The notes under the pieces were generated by a model that ran no database searches, was not told the origin of the DNA, and saw nothing but the letters and a program-made list of their open reading frames with translations. Made by a program: the position numbers and the translations under genes. A DNA stretch of 64,000 nt from an uncultured Methanoregulaceae archaeon (GTDB lineage Archaea; Halobacteriota; Methanomicrobia; Methanomicrobiales; Methanospirillaceae), in assembly GCA_963841015.1 (NCBI GenBank), contig CAWJAX010000003.1:640001-704000 (forward strand), read 5' to 3'. Every line of letters begins with the position of its first letter. Position 1 is the first letter of the stretch. This document shows positions 10,748 through 22,055 of the stretch, piece after piece.

Positions 10748-11698
10748 ATGAGTGTATCTGCTGGAGAGAGAATTTTCATTACTGGTGCAACAGGATTCAT
10801 CGGATCTAACCTTACACGGAGATATCTCGACCAGGGCGCCGAAGTTTTCATAAACCTGAGAAAGGCGTCAGATACGTGGAGAATTAAGGACATTCTGTCG
10901 GAAGTCAATTCAGTTGCCATCGATATTACAGATTATGAAAAATTGAGACAAGCGATAAAAAAAGTCCGACCAGATATAATTTTCCATACGGCAACTTATG
11001 GTGGGAGTGCAGAACAAAAGAATATCGAAAGGATTATGGAAACAAACATTACCGGAACAGTAAACCTTATACGAAGCTGTAGGGATACCGGAGTTAGATT
11101 GCTGGTGAATACCGGAACATCTTCAGAGTATGGCATAAAGGATTCGGCGATGAAGGAAACTTCTCTTCTTGAACCTGTTAATGAATATGGCGTCTCAAAA
11201 GCCGCTGCGACATTATTTTCTCAAACATACGCGGTTACAGACATGCTACCAATTGTCACCCTTCGCCTGTTCTCACCATATGGTAGGTATGAACAAAAAT
11301 CTAGACTTGTTCCTTCCGTAATCCTCTCCGCACTCCAGAAGATCAACCCAAAGATAAGTTCACGTGAATTTGTAAGGGATTTCATTTATATTGATGATAT
11401 ACTCGATGCATATGAAGCAGTGACAAATCTCAAAAATCCTGCCGGAAAAATATTCAACATCGGTTCGGGTCAGCAACATTCTGTCGGGGAAATTGTTGAC
11501 ATAATTGTCAGCCATCTCGGCAATGAAGTAACATACGAGTTAGGTGCCCCCCAGGCCTGGAATAACGAGCCGCAGGTCTGGCAGGCGGATATTCAGAAAG
11601 CAAATATTGAGTTAAGATGGGTCCCCCGATATTCGCTGAATGATGGCCTTGCTGCAACCATTGACTGGTTTAAGGTGAATAAAGAATTATATGGATAA
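10748..11698 (+). CDS. NAD-dependent epimerase/reductase (extended SDR; possible YerF or CDP-abequose-synthase-like ketoreductase)
   Basis: ITGATGFIG, GTSSEYG, YGVSK, RDFIYIDD; located between rfbG and the TPP enzyme. Confidence 0.82.
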   Translation: MSVSAGERIFITGATGFIGSNLTRRYLDQGAEVFINLRKASDTWRIKDILSEVNSVAIDITDYEKLRQAIKKVRPDIIFHTATYGGSAEQKNIERIMETNITGTVNLIRSCRDTGVRLLVNTGTSSEYGIKDSAMKETSLLEPVNEYGVSKAAATLFSQTYAVTDMLPIVTLRLFSPYGRYEQKSRLVPSVILSALQKINPKISSREFVRDFIYIDDILDAYEAVTNLKNPAGKIFNIGSGQQHSVGEIVDIIVSHLGNEVTYELGAPQAWNNEPQVWQADIQKANIELRWVPRYSLNDGLAATIDWFKVNKELYG

Positions 11699-13460
11699 TG
11701 GAATTCACATGAAGGTATCGGATTATGTCATCAACACCATTGCTGCTGAAGGAGTTACTCACATTTTTGAAGTATGCGGAGGTGCATTGGGTCATCTTCT
11801 GGATTCCCTTCATGGAAGAAATGACATTCACACAGTCTCCATGCACCACGAGATGGCAGCAGCAATTGCCGCAGAGGGGTATGCCCGTGCCAGTGAAAAT
11901 ATTGGAGTTGCAATGGCCACAAGCGGCCCTGGTGCAACAAATCTGATAACTGGGATTGGAAGTTGCTATTTTGATTCCATACCCTGTCTTTTCATAACGG
12001 GTCAGGTAAACACCTTTGAATATAAATTCAGCAAGCCTGTTAGACAGATCGGATTTCAGGAAACTGATATTGTCAGCATTGTAAAACCTATAGTGAAACA
12101 TGCAGTTCTCGTTAAAGAACCATTGGACACCCCAAAATTATTGGAAAAATCAATCGTTATTGCAAAAAAGGGTCGGCCTGGCCCGGTACTCCTTGATTTC
12201 CCCCTCAATATCCAGAGAGCAACAATGGAGCTGCACTCAGTCAGGAAATTCCATCCATCCAAAGAGGTTATACCCGATGAAAAAATGATCATGAAAATTA
12301 TATCCGTGATAGAATCCTCTTCGCGGCCGTTAATCCTTGCCGGCGGAGGAGTAAGATCTTCGAAAGCAACAAAAGATCTCTTCGAATTTGCTCGTTATAC
12401 CAATATTCCTGTTGTTGCTTCATTGATGGGGCTTGATTCGTTTCCCCATGATAATCAACTCTATATTGGAATGATCGGTACTTACGGGAACAGGTATGCG
12501 AATTTAGCTATTGCAAATGCAGATCTTATCATTGCCCTCGGCACACGATTTGATACCCGTCAGACGGGTACAAAACCAGAAACTTTTGCACGAGCAGCAA
12601 AAATCATTCATGTCGATATCGATGCCAATGAACTGAATAACAAAATCAAAGTTGATCTTCCCTTGAATATGGATATCAGAGCATTTTTAGAGTTATTAAA
12701 TGTAAATTCCAGCAATTTTGCCAAAAAAAATTACTCTTCCTGGTTTGAATGGATAAAACAGAATAAAATGAAGTATGCCGAAGATTGCAGCAGTAATAAA
12801 AAAACCATCTCCCCTTACTATTTTTTATGCAGGGTATCAGAAGCTCTTCCTAAGGATGCAATTATCTGTGCAGACGTGGGCCAGAACCAGATGTGGGCTG
12901 CACAGGTAATTGAAGTGAAAAAGGATCAGAGATTTTTAACCCAGGGGGGGATGGCTTCTATCGGTTCAGCATTACCGATGGCAATAGGTGCAGCATTTGC
13001 AAAACCACATACAATGGTAATAGTAATTACCGGAGATGGAGGATTCCAGTTGAATAGTCAGGAACTTCAAACGGTATACCATCATAATCTTCCTCTAAAA
13101 ATTATACTCCTCAATAATAGCGGATATGGGATGATCCGGCAATTTCAGCAACAATATTTCGGTGGAAGATTGCAATCATCAGTGATTGGATATAGTAACC
13201 CAGATTTCCAGAAAGTTGTCAGTGCATACAACATTTCAGCAAGAAAAATATCATCGAAAACTGATATCATACCGTCACTTGAATGGCTTTTTTCTAATTC
13301 AAAACCCGGCTTCCTTGAGGTTATCATTGATGAAAAATTCATGGTGACTCCAAAACTCTCAGTAAATAAACCGGTGGAAGATCAGGAACCGGAGTTATCG
13401 CGAGAAGAATTACAGTCAGCCATGATCATCAACATTCTCCCGGAGAATGATAATTCATGA
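11691..13460 (+). CDS. Thiamine-diphosphate-dependent acetolactate-synthase-like enzyme (YerE-like); alternative start 11709
   Basis: HHEMAAAIAAEGYAR, TSGPGATNL, GFQETD, GRPGPV, GDGGFQLN...NNSGYG. Sugar-cluster context indicates a YerE-type role rather than IlvB. Confidence 0.85.
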   Translation: MDNGIHMKVSDYVINTIAAEGVTHIFEVCGGALGHLLDSLHGRNDIHTVSMHHEMAAAIAAEGYARASENIGVAMATSGPGATNLITGIGSCYFDSIPCLFITGQVNTFEYKFSKPVRQIGFQETDIVSIVKPIVKHAVLVKEPLDTPKLLEKSIVIAKKGRPGPVLLDFPLNIQRATMELHSVRKFHPSKEVIPDEKMIMKIISVIESSSRPLILAGGGVRSSKATKDLFEFARYTNIPVVASLMGLDSFPHDNQLYIGMIGTYGNRYANLAIANADLIIALGTRFDTRQTGTKPETFARAAKIIHVDIDANELNNKIKVDLPLNMDIRAFLELLNVNSSNFAKKNYSSWFEWIKQNKMKYAEDCSSNKKTISPYYFLCRVSEALPKDAIICADVGQNQMWAAQVIEVKKDQRFLTQGGMASIGSALPMAIGAAFAKPHTMVIVITGDGGFQLNSQELQTVYHHNLPLKIILLNNSGYGMIRQFQQQYFGGRLQSSVIGYSNPDFQKVVSAYNISARKISSKTDIIPSLEWLFSNSKPGFLEVIIDEKFMVTPKLSVNKPVEDQEPELSREELQSAMIINILPENDNS

Positions 13461-14791
13461 CTAAAGAAGATGAAATCCGCAAGGAAATATTTTCGAAAAT
13501 ATCAGATCTCGTTGCATTAAGAGAACAAACAGAGCAGGTATTTATCTCCGGGGTTTCCTCCGTCCCCTATGCCGGGCGAGTCTATGATGAGAAAGAACTC
13601 ATCAACCTTATTGATGCATCTCTTGACTTCTGGCTCACGACGGGTCGTTATGCAGAGCAGTTCGAAAAAGGCCTTGCAGCATTTCTTGGGGTAAAATATT
13701 GCCTTTTGACGAATTCCGGATCCTCTGCTAATCTTTTGGCAATTTCCGCACTCACTTCGCAGAAACTCGGCAGGAAACGAATACAGCCGGGAGATGAAGT
13801 AATTACAACCGCATGTGGTTTTCCCACCACATTAAATCCGATTCTCCAAAATAATCTGGTCCCGGTCTTTATGGATGTCGAAGTGGGAACCTATAATATC
13901 CAAGCCGATTGCATTGAAGAGGCAATATCAGATAGAACAAAAGCGATCATGATCCCACACACCTTGGGAAATCCCGCTGAACTTGACACCATTTTGAAAA
14001 TGGTGAAAAAATATGACCTCTGGTTTATCGAAGATAATTGTGACGCTCTCGGATCTCGGTACCAGGGAAAATACACTGGGACATTCGGACATATTTCAAC
14101 CTGTAGTTTCTATCCTGCCCACCACATAACCATGGGCGAAGGAGGTGCTGTTCTTACAAAGGATCCTCTGCTCAAAAAGATCTTAATGTCATTCCGCGAC
14201 TGGGGGCGTGATTGCTGGTGTGAACCGGGTTGCGATAATTCCTGTGGAAAAAGGTTTGGGTGGTCTACAGGAAACCTACCTCATGGCTATGACCATAAGT
14301 ATATTTATTCGCATATCGGTTACAACCTGAAAGTCACGGATATGCAAGCGGCTATAGGAGTCGCCCAGCTCCAGAAACTGCCAGCGTTTATTAAACAGAG
14401 AAAAAAGAACTTTTCAAGGATTCTCAGTGCCCTTGAGAAGTATTTACCCTATGTTGTTCTGCCTGTTGCCCTGAAAGATGCCGATCCATGCTGGTTCGGG
14501 TTCCCGGTTCTTGTACGTGAAGACGCCCCGTTCAGTCGTTTGGATATTGTAAGTTATCTTGAAGAACACAAGATTGCGACCCGTATGCTTTTTGGAGGCA
14601 ACCTTCTTAAACAACCCGCTTATGAAGGAATCCATCATCGGGTGAGTGGTTCTCTGGAAAATACTGATAATGTTATGAACAATCTGTTCTGGGTAGGAGT
14701 GTATCCCGGGCTGACAACTGATATGCTGGATTATATGATTGCAAGATTTGACACGTTTTTTAAAAATATTTCTTTAAAAAAGGTGTCTTAG
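13457..14791 (+). CDS. rfbH: CDP-4-keto-6-deoxy-D-glucose 3-dehydratase E1 (DdhC)
   Basis: NSGSSANLLA; SFYPAHHITMGEGG (His replaces the aminotransferase Lys); RDWGRDCWCEPGCDNSC iron-sulfur motif; GYDHKY. Confidence 0.95.
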   Translation: MTKEDEIRKEIFSKISDLVALREQTEQVFISGVSSVPYAGRVYDEKELINLIDASLDFWLTTGRYAEQFEKGLAAFLGVKYCLLTNSGSSANLLAISALTSQKLGRKRIQPGDEVITTACGFPTTLNPILQNNLVPVFMDVEVGTYNIQADCIEEAISDRTKAIMIPHTLGNPAELDTILKMVKKYDLWFIEDNCDALGSRYQGKYTGTFGHISTCSFYPAHHITMGEGGAVLTKDPLLKKILMSFRDWGRDCWCEPGCDNSCGKRFGWSTGNLPHGYDHKYIYSHIGYNLKVTDMQAAIGVAQLQKLPAFIKQRKKNFSRILSALEKYLPYVVLPVALKDADPCWFGFPVLVREDAPFSRLDIVSYLEEHKIATRMLFGGNLLKQPAYEGIHHRVSGSLENTDNVMNNLFWVGVYPGLTTDMLDYMIARFDTFFKNISLKKVS

Positions 14792-14874
14792 AAATTCAGG
14801 AATCATGGTATTTCATTCGGTATTAATACAATTCACCACCTTATTATTGATATAAATAGAGGCCTGAGCGCACT

Positions 14875-15862
14875 ATGCAAAATTCTCTGAAATCCGAACC
14901 TCTGGTGAGCATATGTATTCCTGCGTATAATTCTGGGAAAACCATCGCCAAAACCATAACTTCACTCATACAGCAGACTTATAAAAATCTTGAAATTATT
15001 ATTATCGATAATTGCTCTTCAGACACAACAGTAAAAATCGCTCAGGGATTTGACGACCCCCGGATTCAAATAATGCGATGTGAAGAACATCTTCCCGCCG
15101 CAGAAAAGAACTGGAACCGATGCTTTTTCTATGCAACTGGCGAATTGATGGCAATCTTCCATGCTGATGATGTGTATCTGCCTCATATGGTTTCGCGACA
15201 GGTAGAGACCTTTAAAAAATTTCCCCAAGTAGGAAGTGTTTTTGCCCAAGGAAACATCATCGACGAGGAAAATAATATCATTGGTGAATTTAAGCTCCCT
15301 CCTGAAATTCGGGATTCAGAACCATGTCCCTTTCCAAAAATATTTAACACTGCACTTGAATATGCTGATTTTTTACCCACCCCAAGTGCGATGCTTCGAC
15401 GGAATCTCTATATGAAATTGTCGCCATTCAGATACGATCAATTCAGGTCTGCATCAGATTTCGACTTGTGGTTGAGAGCAGCAGCCTCTGCACCTATGAT
15501 AATCCTAAATGAAAAACTGATGAATTACCGCGTCAGCAAATCACAGGGATCGTTTGCAATCAATAAATTAAGGACCCACGAATCTGATTTCTTTAAAGTA
15601 ATGGATTATCATATTGCCCATAATAAAAATGAAGGCATGATATCAACAGATTCGTTAGACAGGCTATGAAATTTCCCGGATGGGAGATCAATTAATCCGA
15701 GCCTGGAATTCTTTCTATAAGCGCGACGAGAAAAAATTCAAGGAACAAATGAAGCAAATTCCCTGGATGAAATATGCAAGAATCCTGATCAGAAATCCCG
15801 GATTATTATATTCAAAATACCAACTCTATTCATATTTCAGGGTTTTCAAATCGTATCATTAG
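14875..15862 (+). CDS. Glycosyltransferase family 2, split by a one-base insertion near 15663 (ORFs 14875-15669 and 15680-15862)
   Basis: PLVSICIPAYNS, IIIIDNCSSD, FHADD, DFDLWLR. Removing one base at GAC AGG CTA TGA gives a continuous ...YEISRMGDQLIRA. Confidence 0.85.
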
Positions 15863-15889
15863 GACAATTATCCCAAAATAGGAAATATT

Positions 15890-16084
15890 TGCTCTGTAGA
15901 AATCATGTTGAAAATTCTGCCCGTTCTTTTAGGCTTTTTCCCCCGCCAAAGGGTATCCCTATTGCGATGACGATGTATTACCTGCAACCAAATCCGGGTC
16001 ATCGCTCTTAAGCCTCGTCCCCAAGGGGACTAATTGGCGCGAAGAGGGGGCATTATTTTACCAAAACATCTTTTCTACAGAGCA
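15890..16084. mobile_element. MITE-like non-autonomous element, 195 bp
   Basis: Perfect 13-bp terminal inverted repeats TGCTCTGTAGAAA (15890-15902) and TTTCTACAGAGCA (16072-16084), extending to about 20 bp with 2 mismatches. Flanks GAAATATT and GAAATAGC resemble a degenerate 8-bp duplication. Nested internal inverted repeats; no ORF. Confidence 0.65.
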
Positions 16085-16203
16085 GAAATAGCCAGAAAGT
16101 GTTGAAAGACAAGCATAAACCGCGAGTGTCGTAAATTGTCGGGTCAGTTTTGATATTCAGTCTGAACACAAACGGGAGAGAGAGAGAGATTATTTCAAAA
16201 TAT

Positions 16204-17292
16204 TTAGATCACTCCCATCTCACTCAACCGCCCTGGTAAATACGTCTTCGTCACAAAATCCAGCCCCCGGGCCGCAAATGCCTGCTGTTCCGATTTCAGA
16301 CCCAGGTTTATCTGCAGGTTGATCTGCTTCTTCCAGTATTCGGTTGCAAACCGGGGATCAGTCAGCTCGGCATTCAAAGCCTCCACATCCTTGTCCGTCA
16401 GTTTATCTGACGGCAGGTTGTAATCCCGGATATCGCTGGGCTGCAGGCCTAAAAACTGCGCCCGTGGCGTTGCCAGCAGCTCCGACATGTGCGCACTCTT
16501 TATCGACCCATAGGCAACCGAAGCAAAGATGCGGTACGACCATGGATCACCGTCTGTGAAAACGAGGACCGGTAGGTTCCATGTAGAACTGATCTTGTTC
16601 AGCATCCGCCGGGTTGAGCGCGCCGGCTGCCCTTTCAGGTGAACAAGAATCGCATCGTATTCTTCATCAAACCCGTTCTCGATCAACCGGTCGTACATAC
16701 CACCTGTTTCGAGGGCTATTACAAACTTCGCATCATGATCCACGAACTCGATATTTTCAACATTGTTGGGAATCGTATATCCTGCCTGGCCTACATCATC
16801 CTGGCAGTGAATGGCCCGCATCCCCCTGCGTGTTTCTTCACGGATCCGCATCGGGCCGTAAATCGATGCACCATTCTCTTCAGGGTGGAGATGAAACCCT
16901 TCGCGAGGAACCTCAGAGATGATCTCAAGATCTTCGATAAGAAAATTACTCTCTTCCTGCGCCCCGAACTTCGCCCGCTTCCATCCTTCAGAGATATAGT
17001 ACATTTCTCTGAGCGTTGACGATCGGTTCTCTTTCAGCTGCTGTTTGATAAACCCGATCACGTACGCCATCTTGAGCAGGTGCGTAGCACTCTTTGCCGA
17101 TGCAGCAGTGCGCATACTCTCCTTGTCGCCATATTTCCAGACTTCACTGGCATCATCATATTCAATGTTATATTTCGTCCGTGTAGGCAGCGATATGGAG
17201 GGTATATCCCCTGCCTTCATTTGATCATACCATGCACTCGCGATCCTGAGCAGCGCCGTCATCGACTTCTTTTCCAGCTCCTCTTTAGACAT
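16204..17292 (-). CDS. top6A: DNA topoisomerase VI subunit A
   Basis: STLREMYY catalytic Tyr, ETGGM, KGQP and DGDPW TOPRIM motifs, KSEQQA; likely start MSKEEL at 17292. Confidence 0.96.
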   Translation of the reverse strand: MSKEELEKKSMTALLRIASAWYDQMKAGDIPSISLPTRTKYNIEYDDASEVWKYGDKESMRTAASAKSATHLLKMAYVIGFIKQQLKENRSSTLREMYYISEGWKRAKFGAQEESNFLIEDLEIISEVPREGFHLHPEENGASIYGPMRIREETRRGMRAIHCQDDVGQAGYTIPNNVENIEFVDHDAKFVIALETGGMYDRLIENGFDEEYDAILVHLKGQPARSTRRMLNKISSTWNLPVLVFTDGDPWSYRIFASVAYGSIKSAHMSELLATPRAQFLGLQPSDIRDYNLPSDKLTDKDVEALNAELTDPRFATEYWKKQINLQINLGLKSEQQAFAARGLDFVTKTYLPGRLSEMGVI

Positions 17293-19087
17293 CGAGATCC
17301 ACCACCATCTTCTTGTTATCGTCAATACCCCGGATGTCGAGCAGTCCGCCGCCTTTCCCATAGTATGAGACGCGCCATACAGTCTGTGGCGGAACAGAAA
17401 CCTTCCATACCTTTGTGTACTGGCCGTCTATCTCACTCACGAATGTAGCTTTGGGCTCGGCATCGGCAGCATCGTCCTGTGAGATATCGTAGACAGACAC
17501 ATCCACCTCGTTTGCGGTGTAATTGTTCAGTTCGATCGAGATCCGGCCATCAACCGTTCCCTTTTTCACGATCAGCTTGCGCATCAGTTTCCCTTCAATA
17601 GGAGTGGTATCAACCAGCGGCTTTTCTACGATCTCGCTCACTTTCAGGGCAATTTCCGGTATAATCGCACAGACTGCCCGGGCCCGGTCCTCGGCTACCT
17701 TGTTCTTGTCCCGCCGGGAGACAAAGAGTTTGAGATCACGCCCAAGATCCTGCAGTGCGAGAACAATCTCCTTTTCAATCTCCGGAATGCTGGCGATTGC
17801 ATCCTTGCTCTCGCTGGTGAATGGCACATTGGTGGAAGCTACATGGACGAGGATAAGAATAGGACCCGTCGGGAGTCCCTGCTGGGAGAGGTTGTACAAT
17901 TTCCAGTTGACATTTGAGATACTAGTGGTGATTGCACAGGCACCCTGCTGGTACATGAGCGGGACACGGTTGGCGAAACGGAGGATAATTGCATTTCCCT
18001 CAGGTGGCAGCTTTCCTCCATACCCGATCGCCGCTTCGACTACGAACGAGTGCCCGGAGAAGACTGAAGCAGGCCGGGTGCGTGCCGTGACAAAGTCCAT
18101 CTGGAACTCTTTGTCCAACCCGCGCCGGATCAGTTCCTCCCCAATGGGCGACAGGCACTGGGTGGTGAGGGGAGCCGGGACAGAAACTTCCTGCATTGCG
18201 CCAAGGAGCGCCTTGAGCTGATCTGCGGAAAATCCCGACACTTTGGCAGTGGCTTTCAGGCCGGACTTATCACACATATCCTGTGCAGTCTTTTTCCCGA
18301 CACGGCTGAAATTTTCCATCAGGAAATCAGCAAGTTTCTGGTCACTTGCCACGGCCATCCTTTTAAGTTGTCCGAACTCTATCCCGTGCGGGTGAGGCTT
18401 GACTGCGACAGGGCAGGCAATGACTTCCTGGCTCACGCGCTCGAACGTGAACGATTCATCGTCGAGCTCCACCCGGAACCGCGCATGGGGGTTCACCACG
18501 GAAGTGTACTTGAGATACTCGAGGAGTTTTTTCTTTGCCGACATCGTGCTTTTGAATTCGATTTGTACCCTCGTTCCGTGAATCCGGTCCCACTCATACG
18601 ACTGTTGGGAGATAATGTCAGGTTCATTGGTCTCGATCTTTATCTGGATCTCACATTTGTATGCAGATTCCTTTGCACCGGTGCGGGAGATCACAATAGT
18701 CGGAACACCACTGGTGAGCTGGGCATAGAGCACAGCTGCTGAAATCCCGATACCCTGTTGCCCGCGGGTCTGCCGGATCTGGTGGAACCGGGAGCCGTAG
18801 AGGAGTTTTCCAAAGACAAATGGCACCTGGGCAGGTACAATACCGGGACCATTATCTTCCACAATAATCCGGAAAATATCATTGCTGACTTTTTTAATGC
18901 TGATAAAAATATCAGGGAGCACCTGCGCCTCTTCGCAGGCATCCAGTGCATTGTCAACTGCTTCCTTGATAGTCGTGATTACGCCACGTGTTGGGGAATC
19001 AAAACCGAGGAGGTGTTTGTTTTTCTCGAAGAACTCCGCAACACTGATACTTCGTTGCTGCTTTGCAAGCTCATCAGCGAGCACCAT
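17285..19087 (-). CDS. top6B: DNA topoisomerase VI subunit B
   Basis: SVAEFFEKNKHLLGF, KEAVDNALDA, EDNGPGI, RGQQGIGISAA GHKL motifs, RFANRVPL. Confidence 0.97.
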   Translation of the reverse strand: MVLADELAKQQRSISVAEFFEKNKHLLGFDSPTRGVITTIKEAVDNALDACEEAQVLPDIFISIKKVSNDIFRIIVEDNGPGIVPAQVPFVFGKLLYGSRFHQIRQTRGQQGIGISAAVLYAQLTSGVPTIVISRTGAKESAYKCEIQIKIETNEPDIISQQSYEWDRIHGTRVQIEFKSTMSAKKKLLEYLKYTSVVNPHARFRVELDDESFTFERVSQEVIACPVAVKPHPHGIEFGQLKRMAVASDQKLADFLMENFSRVGKKTAQDMCDKSGLKATAKVSGFSADQLKALLGAMQEVSVPAPLTTQCLSPIGEELIRRGLDKEFQMDFVTARTRPASVFSGHSFVVEAAIGYGGKLPPEGNAIILRFANRVPLMYQQGACAITTSISNVNWKLYNLSQQGLPTGPILILVHVASTNVPFTSESKDAIASIPEIEKEIVLALQDLGRDLKLFVSRRDKNKVAEDRARAVCAIIPEIALKVSEIVEKPLVDTTPIEGKLMRKLIVKKGTVDGRISIELNNYTANEVDVSVYDISQDDAADAEPKATFVSEIDGQYTKVWKVSVPPQTVWRVSYYGKGGGLLDIRGIDDNKKMVVDLDV

Positions 19088-20306
19088 ACAATCCCACCTC
19101 GGCAATGGCTGATGCAGGATCCAGAGTCTTCTGCTCACCGCTATGCAGGTTCTTGAGTGTCACATTCCCGGATTCTGCTTCACGCTGGCCAATCACAATT
19201 GCAAAATCGGCGGTCTTGGAAGCATGGGAAAGCTGGGCACCCAGTCCCCGCTCCATAAGATCCATCTCTGAACGGATGCCGGCAGCACGAAAGAGACGGG
19301 CTACTTCCCGTGCATGGTTACGACCCTCATTCGTGCAGACTATCGCAACAACGGTATCTTTTTTATGTTGTGTTTCTCCGAGTGAGACCATAACCCGGTC
19401 AAATCCAATGGCAAACCCGCAGGATGCTACGTCATCACCACCGAAAAGATGGGCGAGACGATATGCTCCACCGCCGAGTATCTGGTTCTCTGCTCCCAGG
19501 TTCTGTGCAAATCCTTCAAAAACCATTCCTGTATAATAGTCTAATCCACGGGCGATGCCAAAATTAAGAGAATAGTCGACACTCGCTGCATCGAGGGTAT
19601 TGATTGTCTGGTGAATACGCTCTTTTTCAGGAATCGTACCGGCAATTTCGAATGCCTCTGCAAGATCACGGCATTCAACGAGTGAAATAAGGGAATTACC
19701 AAGATCAGGTTTGTCTATGGATTCGAGGCTGGATTTTAACCCGTCAAAATCCTTCTTATCCAGATGTGCCATCACCCTCCGCTGAGCAGAAGGCTCGAGA
19801 TCTTCGAGCAGGTTCTTCATGAACGACAGGTGCCCCACTTTCAGTTCATAAGTAACACCAGTAGCGTTGAGCATTTCAGCCGCGAGCATAATGGCTTCAG
19901 TATCGGCAGGCGCGGTATCTGCTCCAATAAGCTCCACACCGAATTGCCAGAACTGGCGATACCGCCCTTTTTGTGGGCGCTCGTACCGGAAGCAGTCAGC
20001 AAAGTAGCACCAGCGTAATGGTTTTGGTGCAACTTTTGCCTCATTGATGTACATCCGAATCACCGAAGCGGTGATCTCTGGCCGCAGGGCAAGCTTGCGT
20101 CCACCTTTATCCTCGAAGACATACATCTCCTCAATGATCCCTTCACCCGAGCGCATCGTAAAGAGATCAAGATCCTCGAACTCCGGAGTGCAGACTTCCC
20201 GGTAGCCCCAGCGGCGCGCTACCTCCCGCAAACGCCACTCAATAGAACGTCGCGCTTCCATCTCATCCGGTAAAAAATCCCGCGTCCCTCTCGGTTTTTG
20301 AAGCAT
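19074..20306 (-). CDS. hisS: Histidyl-tRNA synthetase
   Basis: PRGTRDF, LRPEITAS, FRYERPQKGRYRQFWQFGVE, RGLDYYTG, GGGAY, GFAIGFDR. Confidence 0.97.
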   Translation of the reverse strand: MLQKPRGTRDFLPDEMEARRSIEWRLREVARRWGYREVCTPEFEDLDLFTMRSGEGIIEEMYVFEDKGGRKLALRPEITASVIRMYINEAKVAPKPLRWCYFADCFRYERPQKGRYRQFWQFGVELIGADTAPADTEAIMLAAEMLNATGVTYELKVGHLSFMKNLLEDLEPSAQRRVMAHLDKKDFDGLKSSLESIDKPDLGNSLISLVECRDLAEAFEIAGTIPEKERIHQTINTLDAASVDYSLNFGIARGLDYYTGMVFEGFAQNLGAENQILGGGAYRLAHLFGGDDVASCGFAIGFDRVMVSLGETQHKKDTVVAIVCTNEGRNHAREVARLFRAAGIRSEMDLMERGLGAQLSHASKTADFAIVIGQREAESGNVTLKNLHSGEQKTLDPASAIAEVGLYGAR

Positions 20307-20342
20307 AGGAAAAATCCCTGTTCTATACTGTTTGTGCTGGTG

Positions 20343-20664
20343 TTATTTCTTATTCGCCCTGCGGATCGGTACACTTCCCAAAAACCGCTGGAGCGCTCCT
20401 TCATTTCCCCACACCTTCTCGCGTTCAATCCTGCCCTGTAAATACAATGCACCCAGGATCAGACCAAGGCCAAGCAGTTCAAAATCAGGCATGGTTGAGG
20501 TTACAGCGAATCCCAGCACCGCAAGAGACTCCATATGCCACACCCCAGTATGCTGCCTTCCGGTATCCCGGGAGTCCGGTCCGGAAAAAGATCCGCGCAT
20601 CACGAAGCCAGAGAAATATCGTAGTCGCTGCACCGGCAACAGCCACATACGTGAGATACGTCAT
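20343..20664 (-). CDS. Small membrane protein of unknown function, split by a one-base insertion near 20530
   Basis: ATG at 20664 gives MTYLTYVAVAGAATTIFLWLRDARIFFRTGLPGYRKAAYWGVAYG, which joins after one base to the hydrophobic ...LAVLGFAVT...LGLGLILGALYLQG of ORF 20343-20648. Confidence 0.6.
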
Positions 20665-20715
20665 GCTAATGAACTAACTTATTATACGCCGTTCCATATC
20701 TGTATTATTACGATC

Positions 20716-21996
<1,281 letters not shown>

Positions 21997-22055
21997 GCAA
22001 TAAAAAAGAATAAGGATTGAACGTATTTCCAAAACAATCCGATCCCGGTGAAAAC

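Noticed and set aside
15660-15680. Stop-codon readthrough (Sec/Pyl) at the GT2 TGA and at the kinase TGA near 55945
   Set aside because: The downstream coding sequence is in a different frame, so these are frameshifts, not readthrough.
16175-16190. GA dinucleotide run downstream of top6A
   Set aside because: Short and intergenic; consistent with a pyrimidine-rich terminator region on the minus strand.
20332-20715. 128-aa N-terminal extension of larB in the ORF track (similar extensions on top6A, top6B, rfbC and 27395)
   Set aside because: Overlaps another gene or promoter DNA; family similarity begins at downstream ATGs.
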